The notes: generated by a model from the letters alone, not told the origin. A DNA stretch of 64,000 bases from a phage (GCA_018175075.1 GCA_018175075.1_4100.1); one strand, 5' to 3'; counted from the stretch's first letter, positions 1 to 10,049 are shown. Numbers and translations: made by a program.

Positions 1-39
1 ATCAAACGAAATCCACTTTAACAAATGATAGGAAATATT

Positions 40-318
40 ATGTCTTTTTCTAAAGAAGAACGTGACCTTATTAAAAAAGCAATTTGGTTTTATGCTAATG
101 AAGGGAAGTGCGATGAAGAAAAAGCACGTGAACTGTGTAATATTCTTGAGAAGAAACAAGAACTGAAAGTGTATCGTATCCGTGATTTGGATGAAGGGGA
201 TCGTATTGTCCTAGCTGAAACAAAAGAAGAAGCAGAACAAATCTTCACTGATAAAAACGAAAATCCACATTGGATGGAAGAAGTCTGTGATGTTAAAAAA
301 GGTACTTATATCGATTGA
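40..318 (+). CDS. hypothetical protein
   Basis: ORF; ATG 40 has AGGA 6 nt upstream (in-frame ATG 25 also possible). Confidence 0.5.
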   Translation: MSFSKEERDLIKKAIWFYANEGKCDEEKARELCNILEKKQELKVYRIRDLDEGDRIVLAETKEEAEQIFTDKNENPHWMEEVCDVKKGTYID

Positions 319-415
319 CAGTACTGAATAATAGCAGTATTATGTTTTATATAAAAGGGAATGCAGTGAAAGGAAAGACAGCATAATCGTACTCGTCACT
401 GCGTTCCCGCCCTTT
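315..415 (+). promoter_or_regulatory. sigma70-like promoter TTGACA(315-320)/17/TATTAT(338-343) plus leader hairpin 357-408
   Basis: hexamers and spacing read directly; 13-bp inverted repeat GGGAATGCAGTGA/TCACTGCGTTCCC then T-run. Confidence 0.45.
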
Positions 416-437
416 TAAATTAAATGAGGAATTAACT

Positions 438-746
438 ATGTTTCAAACTAACACTCAAGGTTTTGTAATCATCGATTTGAATCAAAACAGCGGTTATTGG
501 ATGAAACCTACTGACGCATGTATGCAGTTTGATTTTTTAGGTTACAGGATTAGTGTAAGTACTGGTGCTTCTGTACTGAGAGGTGGTTGTATCGTTGAAC
601 ATCTGGTAACTGATCCAGAAGGTCGTGAGTATGAAATCGCAGGTTCAGTACAAGATGCCATTATGTTTGTATGTCAGCGTGAAATGAATGGTTCGAATTC
701 AAATGCACTGACTCATGCTCTTTCTCAAGAAGTGGAGGTTCGTTAA
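438..746 (+). CDS. hypothetical protein
   Basis: 102-aa ORF, GAGG RBS. Confidence 0.6.
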   Translation: MFQTNTQGFVIIDLNQNSGYWMKPTDACMQFDFLGYRISVSTGASVLRGGCIVEHLVTDPEGREYEIAGSVQDAIMFVCQREMNGSNSNALTHALSQEVEVR

Positions 747-991
747 TGAAATACATTGTAGCAGTACTCGTCGCATTTCTACTCACTGCATGTGATGCTT
801 CTACCAAAGAACGTACAAGTGATTTTGTTCTACCTGCTGAATTAAAAGAAGCAGGGTGTAAGATTTATCGTATGCAACAAGATGGTGCTGGTGCGACTTT
901 ATACACTGTGTACTGTCCTAATGCAAATACAAGTACTGGATACACTAGCGGTAAAACACGAATCAACACTTCCGTAATTCATGGAGAATAA
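746..991 (+). CDS. putative lipoprotein
   Basis: signal peptide with lipobox LTAC (MKYIVAVLVAFLLTAC); start overlaps upstream stop. Confidence 0.6.
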   Translation: MKYIVAVLVAFLLTACDASTKERTSDFVLPAELKEAGCKIYRMQQDGAGATLYTVYCPNANTSTGYTSGKTRINTSVIHGE

Positions 992-993
992 CA

Positions 994-1362
994 ATGAGCC
1001 TTGATACAACACGTGCAGCAGATTTATTAACTCGTCTGAATGATGAAGAATATCTTGCTGAGATAAAGTACAAGCTTGACAAACTTGTTCGAAGTGCTGA
1101 AGTAATTGAAGTTGAAGGTCACTTACCGATGGATCAATACCATAGGTTCAAGGAAGATATGGTTTATTATCCTAATGAAATTTGGATTGAGTGGCAACAT
1201 TGGACTAACAAAACTCTTCGCATTGAAGGGTATTGTGTGAAGTATGAAAGTTCACCTGGTGATGTTACAAAAACTCTATCAATTTGGTGTACAAAAACAC
1301 ATGAACTCGTTGAGGTGAATTTGAATTATATGAATGGCTTCCGTTGGGGTGATGTTCAATGA
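994..1362 (+). CDS. hypothetical protein
   Basis: 122-aa ORF, GGAG RBS. Confidence 0.6.
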   Translation: MSLDTTRAADLLTRLNDEEYLAEIKYKLDKLVRSAEVIEVEGHLPMDQYHRFKEDMVYYPNEIWIEWQHWTNKTLRIEGYCVKYESSPGDVTKTLSIWCTKTHELVEVNLNYMNGFRWGDVQ

Positions 1363-1634
1363 TTAAAAAACTATTGACAGTTGTCTTTGTATTCTGTACA
1401 ATGTTTCTTACAGCATGTAATGATGACGGCAGGTTTAGTGCAAAAGACTTAGTTCGTCAGGATTGTACATTCACAGGTAAGTCTTTTATTAACGAGTATG
1501 AGGTATGTACACAATCAGGTCGTATCTGTGGTGGTTGGGAAAAACGACAGGAGCGATTGTATGTATATGAATGCCCTGGACATCACAACAAAGTACTAAG
1601 CACACACAAACTTGTTTATGATAAGGTTGAATAA
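1359..1634 (+). CDS. putative lipoprotein
   Basis: signal peptide with lipobox LTAC (..CTMFLTAC); ATGA stop/start overlap. Confidence 0.6.
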   Translation: MIKKLLTVVFVFCTMFLTACNDDGRFSAKDLVRQDCTFTGKSFINEYEVCTQSGRICGGWEKRQERLYVYECPGHHNKVLSTHKLVYDKVE

Positions 1635-1849
1635 TGACTACCAATGAAATGATGCAGGTTATTTGGGATAAAGGTTGTGATATTAAAATCACTAGTACTG
1701 ATGTTCGTGTATTCAAAACTGAATATATGGAGTACTTGGACCTTGATACTTATAATAATATTGTATCAATTGAACACAAAGGTGCAGTACTGGAAACGAT
1801 TGATGTAGTACTCAAGAAAGCTACCGACCTATTAGGAGTGGCAGTGTGA
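1634..1849 (+). CDS. hypothetical protein
   Basis: 71-aa ORF contiguous with neighbours. Confidence 0.5.
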   Translation: MTTNEMMQVIWDKGCDIKITSTDVRVFKTEYMEYLDLDTYNNIVSIEHKGAVLETIDVVLKKATDLLGVAV

Positions 1850-1992
1850 ATAACAAAGAGTGGGAAGATTACCGCAAGAAGTGCCGAGAGTTTGATAAAG
1901 AACTCACAGGTGCAGTGAACGGGGTAATGTGGGTATCTGCAATTATTGCAGTACTTGGTTTGGGTGCTATTATTATTAATAAATTATTGTAA
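1846..1992 (+). CDS. small membrane protein (GTG start)
   Basis: 48-aa ORF below track cutoff; GGAG 7 nt upstream of GTG; hydrophobic C-terminus. Confidence 0.3.
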   Translation: MNNKEWEDYRKKCREFDKELTGAVNGVMWVSAIIAVLGLGAIIINKLL

Positions 1993-2000
1993 GGACTAAT

Positions 2001-2201
2001 ATGTTTACTTTATATCTTGCAGTAGTACTAACTAATGGTGAAATCACTCGCACCGTTGGTGAAGGTGTATATAAAACACCTGATCAGTGTTACTCTGTAA
2101 CTCATTGGCCTCGTGATGCTGGTGATGAATCTCGCACTGAATACAAATGTATGAAGGTTAAAGGTGACTTTGTAAATCTAAAGGTTATTGAGACTAAGTA
2201 A
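2001..2201 (+). CDS. hypothetical protein
   Basis: 66-aa ORF, AGGA RBS. Confidence 0.55.
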   Translation: MFTLYLAVVLTNGEITRTVGEGVYKTPDQCYSVTHWPRDAGDESRTEYKCMKVKGDFVNLKVIETK

Positions 2202-2719
2202 TGGATATTAATGAGTTGTTGAAATTAGTGTTTAATCGTGAACGCCGCGATACAAGACCAATTGAATATCAAGATGTGATACGCATTGAAACTGATTTCT
2301 GTTATGGTAAAACAACTCATGACCTTTTGAATCTCTCTGGAAAACGCTATGCTGATGTTTGTTTTTCAGAGAGAAGTGATGGTTCGGAAATAACGAGTAC
2401 TGATATTGTTTGTTACGCACGCAGTGCTGATAAATCTTATGAAATAGAACTTATATATTCCCCTAGTTCTAAAACAAATCATCACCGCCATATTTTATAT
2501 GATGTTTACACACCACCTGGTATTGCTGAATATTTTGTTATTGATTATAGTACTGAAGAAAATGTGTTTCAACAAAGTTTGATTCATAACTTTGAGGTGA
2601 ATGATCCATTAGTACCAAAGTTGTTCAAACTACTTGACACCATAGATGTTGATTTTGAATTTGTTATGTGCATTAGAACTTCTTTATTCAATGAATTCAT
2701 GGAACTTTTTAATATATGA
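2201..2719 (+). CDS. hypothetical protein
   Basis: 172-aa ORF. Confidence 0.6.
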   Translation: MDINELLKLVFNRERRDTRPIEYQDVIRIETDFCYGKTTHDLLNLSGKRYADVCFSERSDGSEITSTDIVCYARSADKSYEIELIYSPSSKTNHHRHILYDVYTPPGIAEYFVIDYSTEENVFQQSLIHNFEVNDPLVPKLFKLLDTIDVDFEFVMCIRTSLFNEFMELFNI

Positions 2720-2937
2720 ATAGATACTATGTTGTGTATGAACACGTCTCTGAATTTAATAACATACGCGGGTTTTCCAGAGTAGTCACCAAGATGGATG
2801 TATTCATTCGTGCTCTTAGTGAAGTAGATGCACTGTTTAAATTGTTTGATGAAATTACAAAGTATAACACACCTAAAACACACCGCTATGTGGAAACTGT
2901 ACATAGCATTATGCTAACTGAAAGTGATGAGGAATGA
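2716..2937 (+). CDS. hypothetical protein
   Basis: 73-aa ORF overlapping upstream stop. Confidence 0.5.
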   Translation: MNRYYVVYEHVSEFNNIRGFSRVVTKMDVFIRALSEVDALFKLFDEITKYNTPKTHRYVETVHSIMLTESDEE

Positions 2938-2940
2938 TAA

Positions 2941-3159
2941 ATGAATTTATATCTAGTTGAAGGTTTAGTACAAGTCTATAAACCAGAAGGTGAAGGTCAA
3001 CGTTTTTCACACGTAGAAGAATTTAAGTACGTTGTACAGGCTGATGGTCAGTACGATGCGGAAATTCAAGTAGATGAATCATTCCGTAAGAAAAATGAAA
3101 TTGGTAAATTTCAATACCAGAACTTACAATATAAAGTATGGCCTAGTATAAATGACTAA
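2941..3159 (+). CDS. hypothetical protein
   Basis: 72-aa ORF. Confidence 0.5.
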   Translation: MNLYLVEGLVQVYKPEGEGQRFSHVEEFKYVVQADGQYDAEIQVDESFRKKNEIGKFQYQNLQYKVWPSIND

Positions 3160-3367
3160 GATGTGGTGGTGTCATGGTGTATATAACGTGTATGTAAATG
3201 GTAGATATAAAATGTCTAGTACCTATGCAAGACGTGTTAATGCGAACAACCAAGTTGATGCTGCTTGTGAGATCATTGAGTGGTATGCTGAGTTCAATGC
3301 ACCTGACTATATGTACGAAATAGTTACAATAAATGTTGTACAAATCGATACATCTTTGATACAATAA
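3152..3367 (+). CDS. hypothetical protein
   Basis: 71-aa ORF. Confidence 0.45.
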   Translation: MTKMWWCHGVYNVYVNGRYKMSSTYARRVNANNQVDAACEIIEWYAEFNAPDYMYEIVTINVVQIDTSLIQ

Positions 3368-3399
3368 CCACATCAAAAAAATTGCATCTGAGGATACTT

Positions 3400-4062
3400 A
3401 TGTTAGTTAATCTTAATTTCATCACTTCACCTGACTGGGCATTACGTGGAGTTTCTTTAAACTTCAAGGAAACTATGTTTGACTACATTGGTGAGTGTAC
3501 ATTGGTAAATGCAACTTTTGATCCAAATCATCCGTTTTGGGCTGAAATTCATGATCCAAATGTAAACAACAATACATCTGTTATGACTATTGTCCAGACT
3601 AAACATGCAGGTATCCTTGCAGGTTATCGACCTGCACATGCAATTGAACACTTCACTGATTACGATGTCGTGGATGAATACCCAATGATCCATGAAGATG
3701 GAAGTCTATACACATCTGAAGACTTCCGTGCTATCTTTAATAGTACTGATGATATTCTACCAAGTGGACGTCCACGTCCTGAGTCTTATCTTATGCATCC
3801 ATCTTATGGTGTAGCAGATACGCTTGAACAGATTATGAATAAGTACAAGAACCTAATTGAAGGTCCAGAAGAAATTGTCCTGTGCTATCACCCAGTACTG
3901 AAGTCTGAACAACCAAAGGATGGTGGATGGCGTTGGCATAAGAATGGTGATTATATTGGTACTAAACGAAGTAAAGAACGTTTTGAGTACTTGTATGATG
4001 AACCAGATGTTGATGTGGTTTTGTGTTATAATTTTATTAAGGTGAAAAAGAAATGTATCTAG
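3400..4062 (+). CDS. hypothetical protein
   Basis: track ORF begins at TTG 3382; ATG 3400 has GAGGA RBS. Confidence 0.6.
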   Translation: MLVNLNFITSPDWALRGVSLNFKETMFDYIGECTLVNATFDPNHPFWAEIHDPNVNNNTSVMTIVQTKHAGILAGYRPAHAIEHFTDYDVVDEYPMIHEDGSLYTSEDFRAIFNSTDDILPSGRPRPESYLMHPSYGVADTLEQIMNKYKNLIEGPEEIVLCYHPVLKSEQPKDGGWRWHKNGDYIGTKRSKERFEYLYDEPDVDVVLCYNFIKVKKKCI

Positions 4063-4292
4063 TACTAAGTTTTGTTGTTGCACTATTGTTTATGTTTTAT
4101 CCTACACTAGTAGCATTAGCCACTAAACGACCGATTGTAGATATCACTACTGTATTCTTGCTAAACGTGGCATTAGTACTGGTTTCTATTATCATTCCCG
4201 TGAGCTTTACTGTTATTGATATTATTTCGGTATTACTCTTCGTAATCAGTTATCTTATGCTTATTGAAGAAAAACCAGTTGACAACCATTAG
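4053..4292 (+). CDS. small membrane protein
   Basis: 79 aa, two hydrophobic segments. Confidence 0.5.
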   Translation: MYLVLSFVVALLFMFYPTLVALATKRPIVDITTVFLLNVALVLVSIIIPVSFTVIDIISVLLFVISYLMLIEEKPVDNH

Positions 4293-4306
4293 TAGTACTG
4301 TATAAT
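4279..4306 (+). promoter_or_regulatory. sigma70-like promoter TTGACA/16/TATAAT
   Basis: TTGACA 4279-4284, TATAAT 4301-4306. Confidence 0.5.
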
Positions 4307-4352
4307 GGTTCCTGTAGTCTGAAACTTAACACTTAAACTTGAGGTAAAAAAT

Positions 4353-4679
4353 ATGCTATCAGTACTAATTTCAATTCCGTCTTTAATTCTGATTTGGCTT
4401 CTGGTTTACGAATGCTTTATTACTGATGATAATGATAAAAAAGAGTTCTCTGAGTTGTTTATGCTTGATTCACCGATTGTGCGTATTTTCTATACAGTCG
4501 TTGTGGTTTCAGTAATTGTATGGGTTTTGAGTTTTATCTTCCCACTCGGTGCAGTAGTTAAAACTTTGGATTTAGTTGAGAACTTTGTTGCAATTATGTG
4601 GCTAATCAAAGCACTATTTGCAGGAAATGTTAAAATTTGGATTGATATTATCAAATTCAAGTTCACGAATAAGATGTAA
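4353..4679 (+). CDS. membrane protein
   Basis: 108 aa, GAGG RBS, hydrophobic. Confidence 0.6.
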   Translation: MLSVLISIPSLILIWLLVYECFITDDNDKKEFSELFMLDSPIVRIFYTVVVVSVIVWVLSFIFPLGAVVKTLDLVENFVAIMWLIKALFAGNVKIWIDIIKFKFTNKM

Positions 4680-4757
4680 CAGTCAAAATACCTCTATAGT
4701 ATTAAATACTTCTGTACATATATATAGTACAGAAGTATTTCTCGTTAGAGGTTTGTT

Positions 4758-5117
4758 ATGAAAAGTTATATAAAATTAATAGCACTTGTGTGTGCATTAT
4801 TTTCATGTTTTAGTTATGGTGCAGCAGCAGAAACATATTGTCGTAGTACTAAGGGAACGTGGCATGTATTGACTAACGACCCTAGAAATGGTAAAAATAT
4901 AGTTGTTGATGGCGTGATTTATCGTTTTAAAGTAGAAAGTATTATTGGTAATAAAAAAATCTCGACTTATAGAGATGATTCTGGTACATTAGCAAACGTA
5001 ATATTAATTGTAGACCCAAGAACTGGTAATGGTGATATCTATATAGTAATTTACTTGGACTCATCGGTACGCCGTGACCTAGATATAGATAAATTGAACT
5101 TACACTGTGAAATATAG
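4758..5117 (+). CDS. secreted protein (signal peptide)
   Basis: N-terminal signal MKSYIKLIALVCALFSCFSYGAAAE. Confidence 0.6.
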   Translation: MKSYIKLIALVCALFSCFSYGAAAETYCRSTKGTWHVLTNDPRNGKNIVVDGVIYRFKVESIIGNKKISTYRDDSGTLANVILIVDPRTGNGDIYIVIYLDSSVRRDLDIDKLNLHCEI

Positions 5118-5128
5118 GACTTAAAAAA

Positions 5129-5506
5129 ATGGTAAACACTATTTTACTTTTGTTGTTGAATATTCCAATTATTCTGTCTTTTTTAATTTCTATTTTTATG
5201 GCAGGATATTGTTTAGTTGCAGTAATTCATTTTATTTTAACAAACAAATATGTCCTAATTTCTAAGCTTGATTCTATTTTTGCTTGCGATTCAATGGCTT
5301 ATAACTTATGGTTAATTTGTTCTTGCATTATGGGAGTAACTTTCCTTCTGCATGTATTTGATGTCCTTGACCAAAAGTTCGTATACATCAGTACTGGATT
5401 GGCTCTTTATCCTGCTACGTGGTACTTGATTTACGTTGGTGATATATGGTATAGTACTTATAAAGAATATCAGTACAAGAAATCACTTAACGTTGGAGGA
5501 AAATAA
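5129..5506 (+). CDS. membrane protein
   Basis: 125 aa, multiple TM segments. Confidence 0.55.
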   Translation: MVNTILLLLLNIPIILSFLISIFMAGYCLVAVIHFILTNKYVLISKLDSIFACDSMAYNLWLICSCIMGVTFLLHVFDVLDQKFVYISTGLALYPATWYLIYVGDIWYSTYKEYQYKKSLNVGGK

Positions 5507-5508
5507 TC

Positions 5509-5859
5509 ATGAAAATTATTTTATTTTTTGTATGTATGTTAATGTGTGGATTGTCATATGCTGAACCATTGGAAGGTTTAGTTTGTACAGATGGTAATAT
5601 TAAACATATCTATCAAGGTGATAGTGACGATCGAGATATTGTATATATTGATGGACAATCATATACGTTTGTTAAAGAGCATACAGTAGGCGACATTAGC
5701 TTCACTGAGTTTTCTAACGACACAGACCCTAACTTCTTAGCGTTTATTGAAGTAGATGTATATGAAGATAGTAATGGCACACAATATGCTAAATTAGTTA
5801 TGATGCGTCGTGGTGCTAAAGAAACTAGTTTTGGTGGCTTGTGTAAATATAAGGATTGA
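5509..5859 (+). CDS. secreted protein (signal peptide)
   Basis: signal MKIILFFVCMLMCGLSYAEP. Confidence 0.6.
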   Translation: MKIILFFVCMLMCGLSYAEPLEGLVCTDGNIKHIYQGDSDDRDIVYIDGQSYTFVKEHTVGDISFTEFSNDTDPNFLAFIEVDVYEDSNGTQYAKLVMMRRGAKETSFGGLCKYKD

Positions 5860-5863
5860 TATT

Positions 5864-6055
5864 ATGTTGATTTATCAAAGTGATAATATTCGTGTTATGC
5901 AGCATCCCTACTTACAAATCTTTGATGTGCAGCAGTATATGGAAGGTGATGACCCAAGAACCTATGGTCGTAAGTATGATTACTTCACTGTAAAGCAGTG
6001 TAATAATATTAACGAAGTACGACAATTAGTTCAAGAACTTCAAAACAAAGGTTGA
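5864..6055 (+). CDS. hypothetical protein
   Basis: track ORF starts at GTG 5810 inside upstream gene; ATG 5864 has AAGGA RBS. Confidence 0.5.
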   Translation: MLIYQSDNIRVMQHPYLQIFDVQQYMEGDDPRTYGRKYDYFTVKQCNNINEVRQLVQELQNKG

Positions 6056-6076
6056 CTTCGGTCAGCCTTTTTTGTT
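6047..6076 (+). terminator. intrinsic terminator, UUCG tetraloop, with embedded TTGACT
   Basis: GGTTGAC-TTCG-GTCAGCC followed by T6. Confidence 0.7.
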
Positions 6077-6109
6077 ATAATTCTCTTAATAAATTAGAGG
6101 ATTTTAATT

Positions 6110-6550
6110 ATGTATGTATATCGTTTTGAACTTAAATTTAGTTACATTGAACCTAACTTAGATCCTGCACGAACTGTAGGTCCGTTTGCACGGTATTCAA
6201 CCAGATACAGTACTAAAAATGGATTTGACCGTTTGCTCATGACTACACCTTCTCAATTCCAACCTGAACCAACTGAGGATGGGATCTATTCAATCAAAAG
6301 TGGATGGGTATTTGGCTGTCAAAGTTTGAAAGATTTGTTCAGATTCTTCACTATGGACTTAGGTAAATTGCATCGTGCTGGGTTTGCTATATCTGTATAT
6401 GAAGTTCCAGACCACCATGTAGACATTGGTCGTAATCAGGTTCAGTACTATTGCGGTAGTGCTAAATTAGTTCGTATCATGTCAGTTAAGGAAGCAAAGG
6501 ATGAGTTCCGACAAAGTAAAAGAGAAACACATGAGGTAATATATGGATAA
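6110..6550 (+). CDS. hypothetical protein
   Basis: 146-aa ORF, GAGG RBS. Confidence 0.6.
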   Translation: MYVYRFELKFSYIEPNLDPARTVGPFARYSTRYSTKNGFDRLLMTTPSQFQPEPTEDGIYSIKSGWVFGCQSLKDLFRFFTMDLGKLHRAGFAISVYEVPDHHVDIGRNQVQYYCGSAKLVRIMSVKEAKDEFRQSKRETHEVIYG

Positions 6551-6887
6551 AACTCAAATAGAATTAAAGAAATTTGTTTCATTCTATCTTCCTGATGACC
6601 CACGTAATTCACAAAAAGATATTGAATATTATAATATCCTATCTAAACAGTTAATGAGAAAGTTTCAACAGTGTTTAACTATATTCAATACAGATGGAAG
6701 ACGTAGATACCGAATCGTTTCAATGAATGATGAAAACGCAAATTTCTTTGATTACGATGTGGTTTTTAGAGCATATAATGATGATCGTATAAAATTAAAT
6801 TATGATCAAATTATACTTGACCTGAATGTTATATGTGTTATAATCACTCACGTAGCCGAACTTAATGGTTTTAAAGAATGGTATTGA
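6543..6887 (+). CDS. hypothetical protein
   Basis: 114-aa ORF. Confidence 0.55.
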   Translation: MDKTQIELKKFVSFYLPDDPRNSQKDIEYYNILSKQLMRKFQQCLTIFNTDGRRRYRIVSMNDENANFFDYDVVFRAYNDDRIKLNYDQIILDLNVICVIITHVAELNGFKEWY

Positions 6888-6901
6888 ATAGAGGATAACA
6901 T

Positions 6902-7168
6902 ATGAAGCTTAAATTACAATATAATGGATTTACTTTACGTAATGATACTGAATTTATTAATCGTTCTCCTGGTGCTGAACTGTTTTTACGAGAGATGAAC
7001 ATTCCTTTCATCATTACTACAGTGGGCGACCGTGAAGTTCTACAATACGCAGAGCATCCGATCATTGATGTTCCTTGGTACTCTGAGCATATGTACATGG
7101 ATATGGCACGTCGCTACAACTGTAAGTTCGTAGTTGAAGGTGATAAAATTACAGTCGAATTTAAATAA
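6902..7168 (+). CDS. hypothetical protein
   Basis: 88 aa, GAGGA RBS. Confidence 0.6.
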   Translation: MKLKLQYNGFTLRNDTEFINRSPGAELFLREMNIPFIITTVGDREVLQYAEHPIIDVPWYSEHMYMDMARRYNCKFVVEGDKITVEFK

Positions 7169-7179
7169 GGTAAATTAAA

Positions 7180-7473
7180 ATGATCAGTACTTCAGTTAAT
7201 GAAAGCATCGTCGCTGACGTAGAAATGGTTAAAGAATGTGCAGATGAAACTCTTCGTGATATGTACATTAATGATTTAATTACTGAATACGGTAGTCGTG
7301 GTGTACACGAATTTATTCGTTTAAGTGGAGAGTTGATGAAAAATCGAATTCGTATGAAGCTTAACGTACATCCAAAAGCATGGGCATTTACATTAAAATA
7401 CGCAGAAGATATTGTTAATTTGCGTCGAACTGAAGTATATGAACGTTTGCACAATGGTATGTTAGATAAATGA
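7180..7473 (+). CDS. hypothetical protein
   Basis: 97-aa ORF. Confidence 0.55.
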   Translation: MISTSVNESIVADVEMVKECADETLRDMYINDLITEYGSRGVHEFIRLSGELMKNRIRMKLNVHPKAWAFTLKYAEDIVNLRRTEVYERLHNGMLDK

Positions 7474-7483
7474 TTGTAAAATA

Positions 7484-7513
7484 GGAATTCTTAAATGAAT
7501 TCCTTTTTGTTTA
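7484..7513 (+). terminator. intrinsic terminator
   Basis: hairpin AGGAATTC..GAATTCCT followed by TTTTTGTTT. Confidence 0.65.
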
Positions 7514-7525
7514 TAAGGTATAGTA

Positions 7526-7747
7526 ATGAAATATATAGTACTTGTACTGATATTATTCAGTACTGTTGTAAGTGCTAAACAAAAAGAATATGTTAAATGT
7601 ATAAATTATGAAGAGAAATATGTTGAAACATATAAAAAAAGTATAATTAAAAACGTTTCGATTACTAACAGAGCAACAATCATTGTACTTAAAAATGGGT
7701 TAATTATGCTATATAAACCACACGTTAAATGTGAAATTATTAATTGA
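7526..7747 (+). CDS. secreted small protein
   Basis: signal MKYIVLVLILFSTVVSA. Confidence 0.55.
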   Translation: MKYIVLVLILFSTVVSAKQKEYVKCINYEEKYVETYKKSIIKNVSITNRATIIVLKNGLIMLYKPHVKCEIIN

Positions 7748-7754
7748 GGAAATT

Positions 7755-8327
7755 ATGAATCGTAAAGGTCGTTTTAAAGTATCAAAAAAGAACAAAAGTT
7801 CTAGGTTTAAACCTATTGTTTTAACAGTTAAATCTAACAAAGATTTAACTGCACTTAGTAAAAAGATAATTTCATCTAAGATTGAAGTATCATACGTAAA
7901 TTCATTAAAATATATGAATGTCAAACCACTGGACCAACTCATTTCACTTATATTTGAACGTAATGATTTTGAGATATCAGTAGATGATTATAGAGCCTAT
8001 AATGCTGGTTTCATTAATGTTACTTGTAATAAAAAACTAACTGAGTTGGAAAATTTGTCATGTATAATAAATCTAGATAAAGGTGTTGTGAAGTACCATT
8101 TTGTACATTTCACTAATATCAATAATGGAATGGGTGTACAATCCAGACCTATAGTGCCTACGTGTGATGTTACTAAATTAGCAAAGCTCAATGATGAAGA
8201 ATATTTTCAAGAAAGCATTGTAACTGAGCATTTAGATGATATAATAGCTACTTACAAAGAATGCATATGGGTGTTGAATGCTATAAAACCTAAATTGTGT
8301 TTAATGAATATTGTTCGTGATTTATGA
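7755..8327 (+). CDS. hypothetical protein
   Basis: ATG 7755 with GAGGA RBS (in frame with track ORF 7731). Confidence 0.6.
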   Translation: MNRKGRFKVSKKNKSSRFKPIVLTVKSNKDLTALSKKIISSKIEVSYVNSLKYMNVKPLDQLISLIFERNDFEISVDDYRAYNAGFINVTCNKKLTELENLSCIINLDKGVVKYHFVHFTNINNGMGVQSRPIVPTCDVTKLAKLNDEEYFQESIVTEHLDDIIATYKECIWVLNAIKPKLCLMNIVRDL

Positions 8328-8340
8328 ATGGGGAATCGTA

Positions 8341-8784
8341 ATGAGTTGGGTAAATGTTAATAGTATTGAACTTAACGAACAAGATATTTTTGCATTTGTA
8401 AATTTAACTAATAACACAGTACTAAAAGGGCGTTTGTTCAGTGCTAGTGATGGGTACAAATGGATCTCTTTGATGGATGATAGTGGTGTGATTTATAATG
8501 TAATGCAATTACCCCAATGGGTATATAGTAACACTGCTGACGATGTTCTTACCGCAGTTATGCGTGAGTTTGAAAAACTCCCAGGTGGTGATATCAAAAA
8601 CAAAGTTTTTAATGCAGAACGTAAAAATTATACAGCACAGCAATTGGAATCCCTTGCCATTGCTGCTTATCAAGCTGCTATTAAGAAGCCAGAGTGCGTT
8701 ATTCTTAAGTATGTACCAGACTTAAAACTTACGTTGGAAAACATGGATGCATTCATTTTTACATCTGAACTTGATCAGTACTAA
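8341..8784 (+). CDS. hypothetical protein
   Basis: ATG 8341 follows upstream stop; in frame with track ORF 8311. Confidence 0.55.
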   Translation: MSWVNVNSIELNEQDIFAFVNLTNNTVLKGRLFSASDGYKWISLMDDSGVIYNVMQLPQWVYSNTADDVLTAVMREFEKLPGGDIKNKVFNAERKNYTAQQLESLAIAAYQAAIKKPECVILKYVPDLKLTLENMDAFIFTSELDQY

Positions 8785-8899
8785 TTTAACTTTGGGACAA
8801 CCATTCTTATTATGATATAATGTTTTATGTCATTCGATATAAATGACAACGGAACTATAAATATTATAGTAAAATTTATCTCTTATAGGAGTTATAAAA

Positions 8900-9283
8900 A
8901 TGGTTGATAAATGGAATAAGAAAGATCCATCACATGATGTTGATATTTCTGGTCTAGACAATGCACATAAGCACAAGTATCTAGATTCACTAGGTCTTCT
9001 AAAACCAGACCAAAGTCTTGCACATGATCGTCCATCCCGTGAAAAAGCATTTAGCCTAGAATCACTAGGTCATGAGCTTAATCGTGTGTTTGAGGATCAC
9101 CCAATCTATGTACGTGATATTATCGAGAAACTTAAAGTAACTCCTAAAGAGCACTTTAAAGCAACTGTACACTCTGCATTCCGTGCATTACATGAATCTC
9201 TAAAGAAAACTCACAATCTTCGTAAAATTCATGATGAAATCGTGAATGCAATCGAAAGTGAAAAACATAAGTTCAAGAAGTAA
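8900..9283 (+). CDS. hypothetical protein (shares Y.DSLGLL motif with 10627 gene)
   Basis: 127 aa, AGGAG RBS. Confidence 0.6.
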   Translation: MVDKWNKKDPSHDVDISGLDNAHKHKYLDSLGLLKPDQSLAHDRPSREKAFSLESLGHELNRVFEDHPIYVRDIIEKLKVTPKEHFKATVHSAFRALHESLKKTHNLRKIHDEIVNAIESEKHKFKK

Positions 9284-9286
9284 TAA

Positions 9287-9319
9287 AAGGGTTGACTAAG
9301 GTCAGCCCTTTGTTGTATC
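9287..9319 (+). terminator. intrinsic terminator
   Basis: GGGTTGACTAAGGTCAGCCC followed by T-run. Confidence 0.65.
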
Positions 9320-9350
9320 ATAACTTCTCAATATAACTGAGGTATCATAT

Positions 9351-9464
9351 ATGCAAGGTTTGAAATTTGTAGTTGCTGCACTCATCGCTGCTGTTGTAGT
9401 GGGTACAGTATGTTATTCAATTGACACCTATATCAATACACCTAGTGTTGAACAAACCAAATAA
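9351..9464 (+). CDS. small membrane peptide
   Basis: 37-aa ORF below track cutoff; GAGG RBS; one TM segment. Confidence 0.3.
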   Translation: MQGLKFVVAALIAAVVVGTVCYSIDTYINTPSVEQTK

Positions 9465-9472
9465 GGGATATC

Positions 9473-9736
9473 ATGGCTGAAACATTATCACTATATGCGT
9501 TAGTACTGTTATTTGTCGGATTTCTTCCCGCACTCATTACAGCCATTCGTGTTGTTAAACATGAAGCTGCATTGATTGTATGTAGTATTGGGTCGAACAT
9601 TCTATTGTATTTCTTTTTGACAAATACTATTGTACTGTTTGCTTTCTTTATCATGATTCTGTGGGTACTTGTAATTCTCGGATTCTTCATTTGGTCATTG
9701 GTTGATCCTAAGAAAAAATCAGGAGAAGTGAAATGA
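9473..9736 (+). CDS. membrane protein
   Basis: 87 aa, AAGGGA RBS, two or three TM segments. Confidence 0.55.
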   Translation: MAETLSLYALVLLFVGFLPALITAIRVVKHEAALIVCSIGSNILLYFFLTNTIVLFAFFIMILWVLVILGFFIWSLVDPKKKSGEVK

Positions 9737-10029
9737 AATTAATTATAGCAATGATAATGTGTTTGGCTTTCCCTGTACTGGCTACTCCTAATCTGGACTG
9801 CACACTGTTGCGTTCAGATGGTGACACACTTGAAATCAACACATATGAACTCTTTGGTCCAAGTGTAGTGGAGAATGAAACCACCTACAATTTCAAAGCT
9901 ATTGACTTTGAAGGTAATGTTCCAGTACTAACTACAATGACTATTGACAAAACTACTTTACTCGGACGAATCACCACACAACGCGGAGAAAGTAAAACAT
10001 TCACAGCGAAAGCTGACTGTAACTACTAA
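9733..10029 (+). CDS. secreted protein (signal peptide)
   Basis: signal MKLIIAMIMCLAFPVLATP. Confidence 0.55.
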   Translation: MKLIIAMIMCLAFPVLATPNLDCTLLRSDGDTLEINTYELFGPSVVENETTYNFKAIDFEGNVPVLTTMTIDKTTLLGRITTQRGESKTFTAKADCNY

Positions 10030-10049
10030 TGGTATAGTACAGTGAAAAT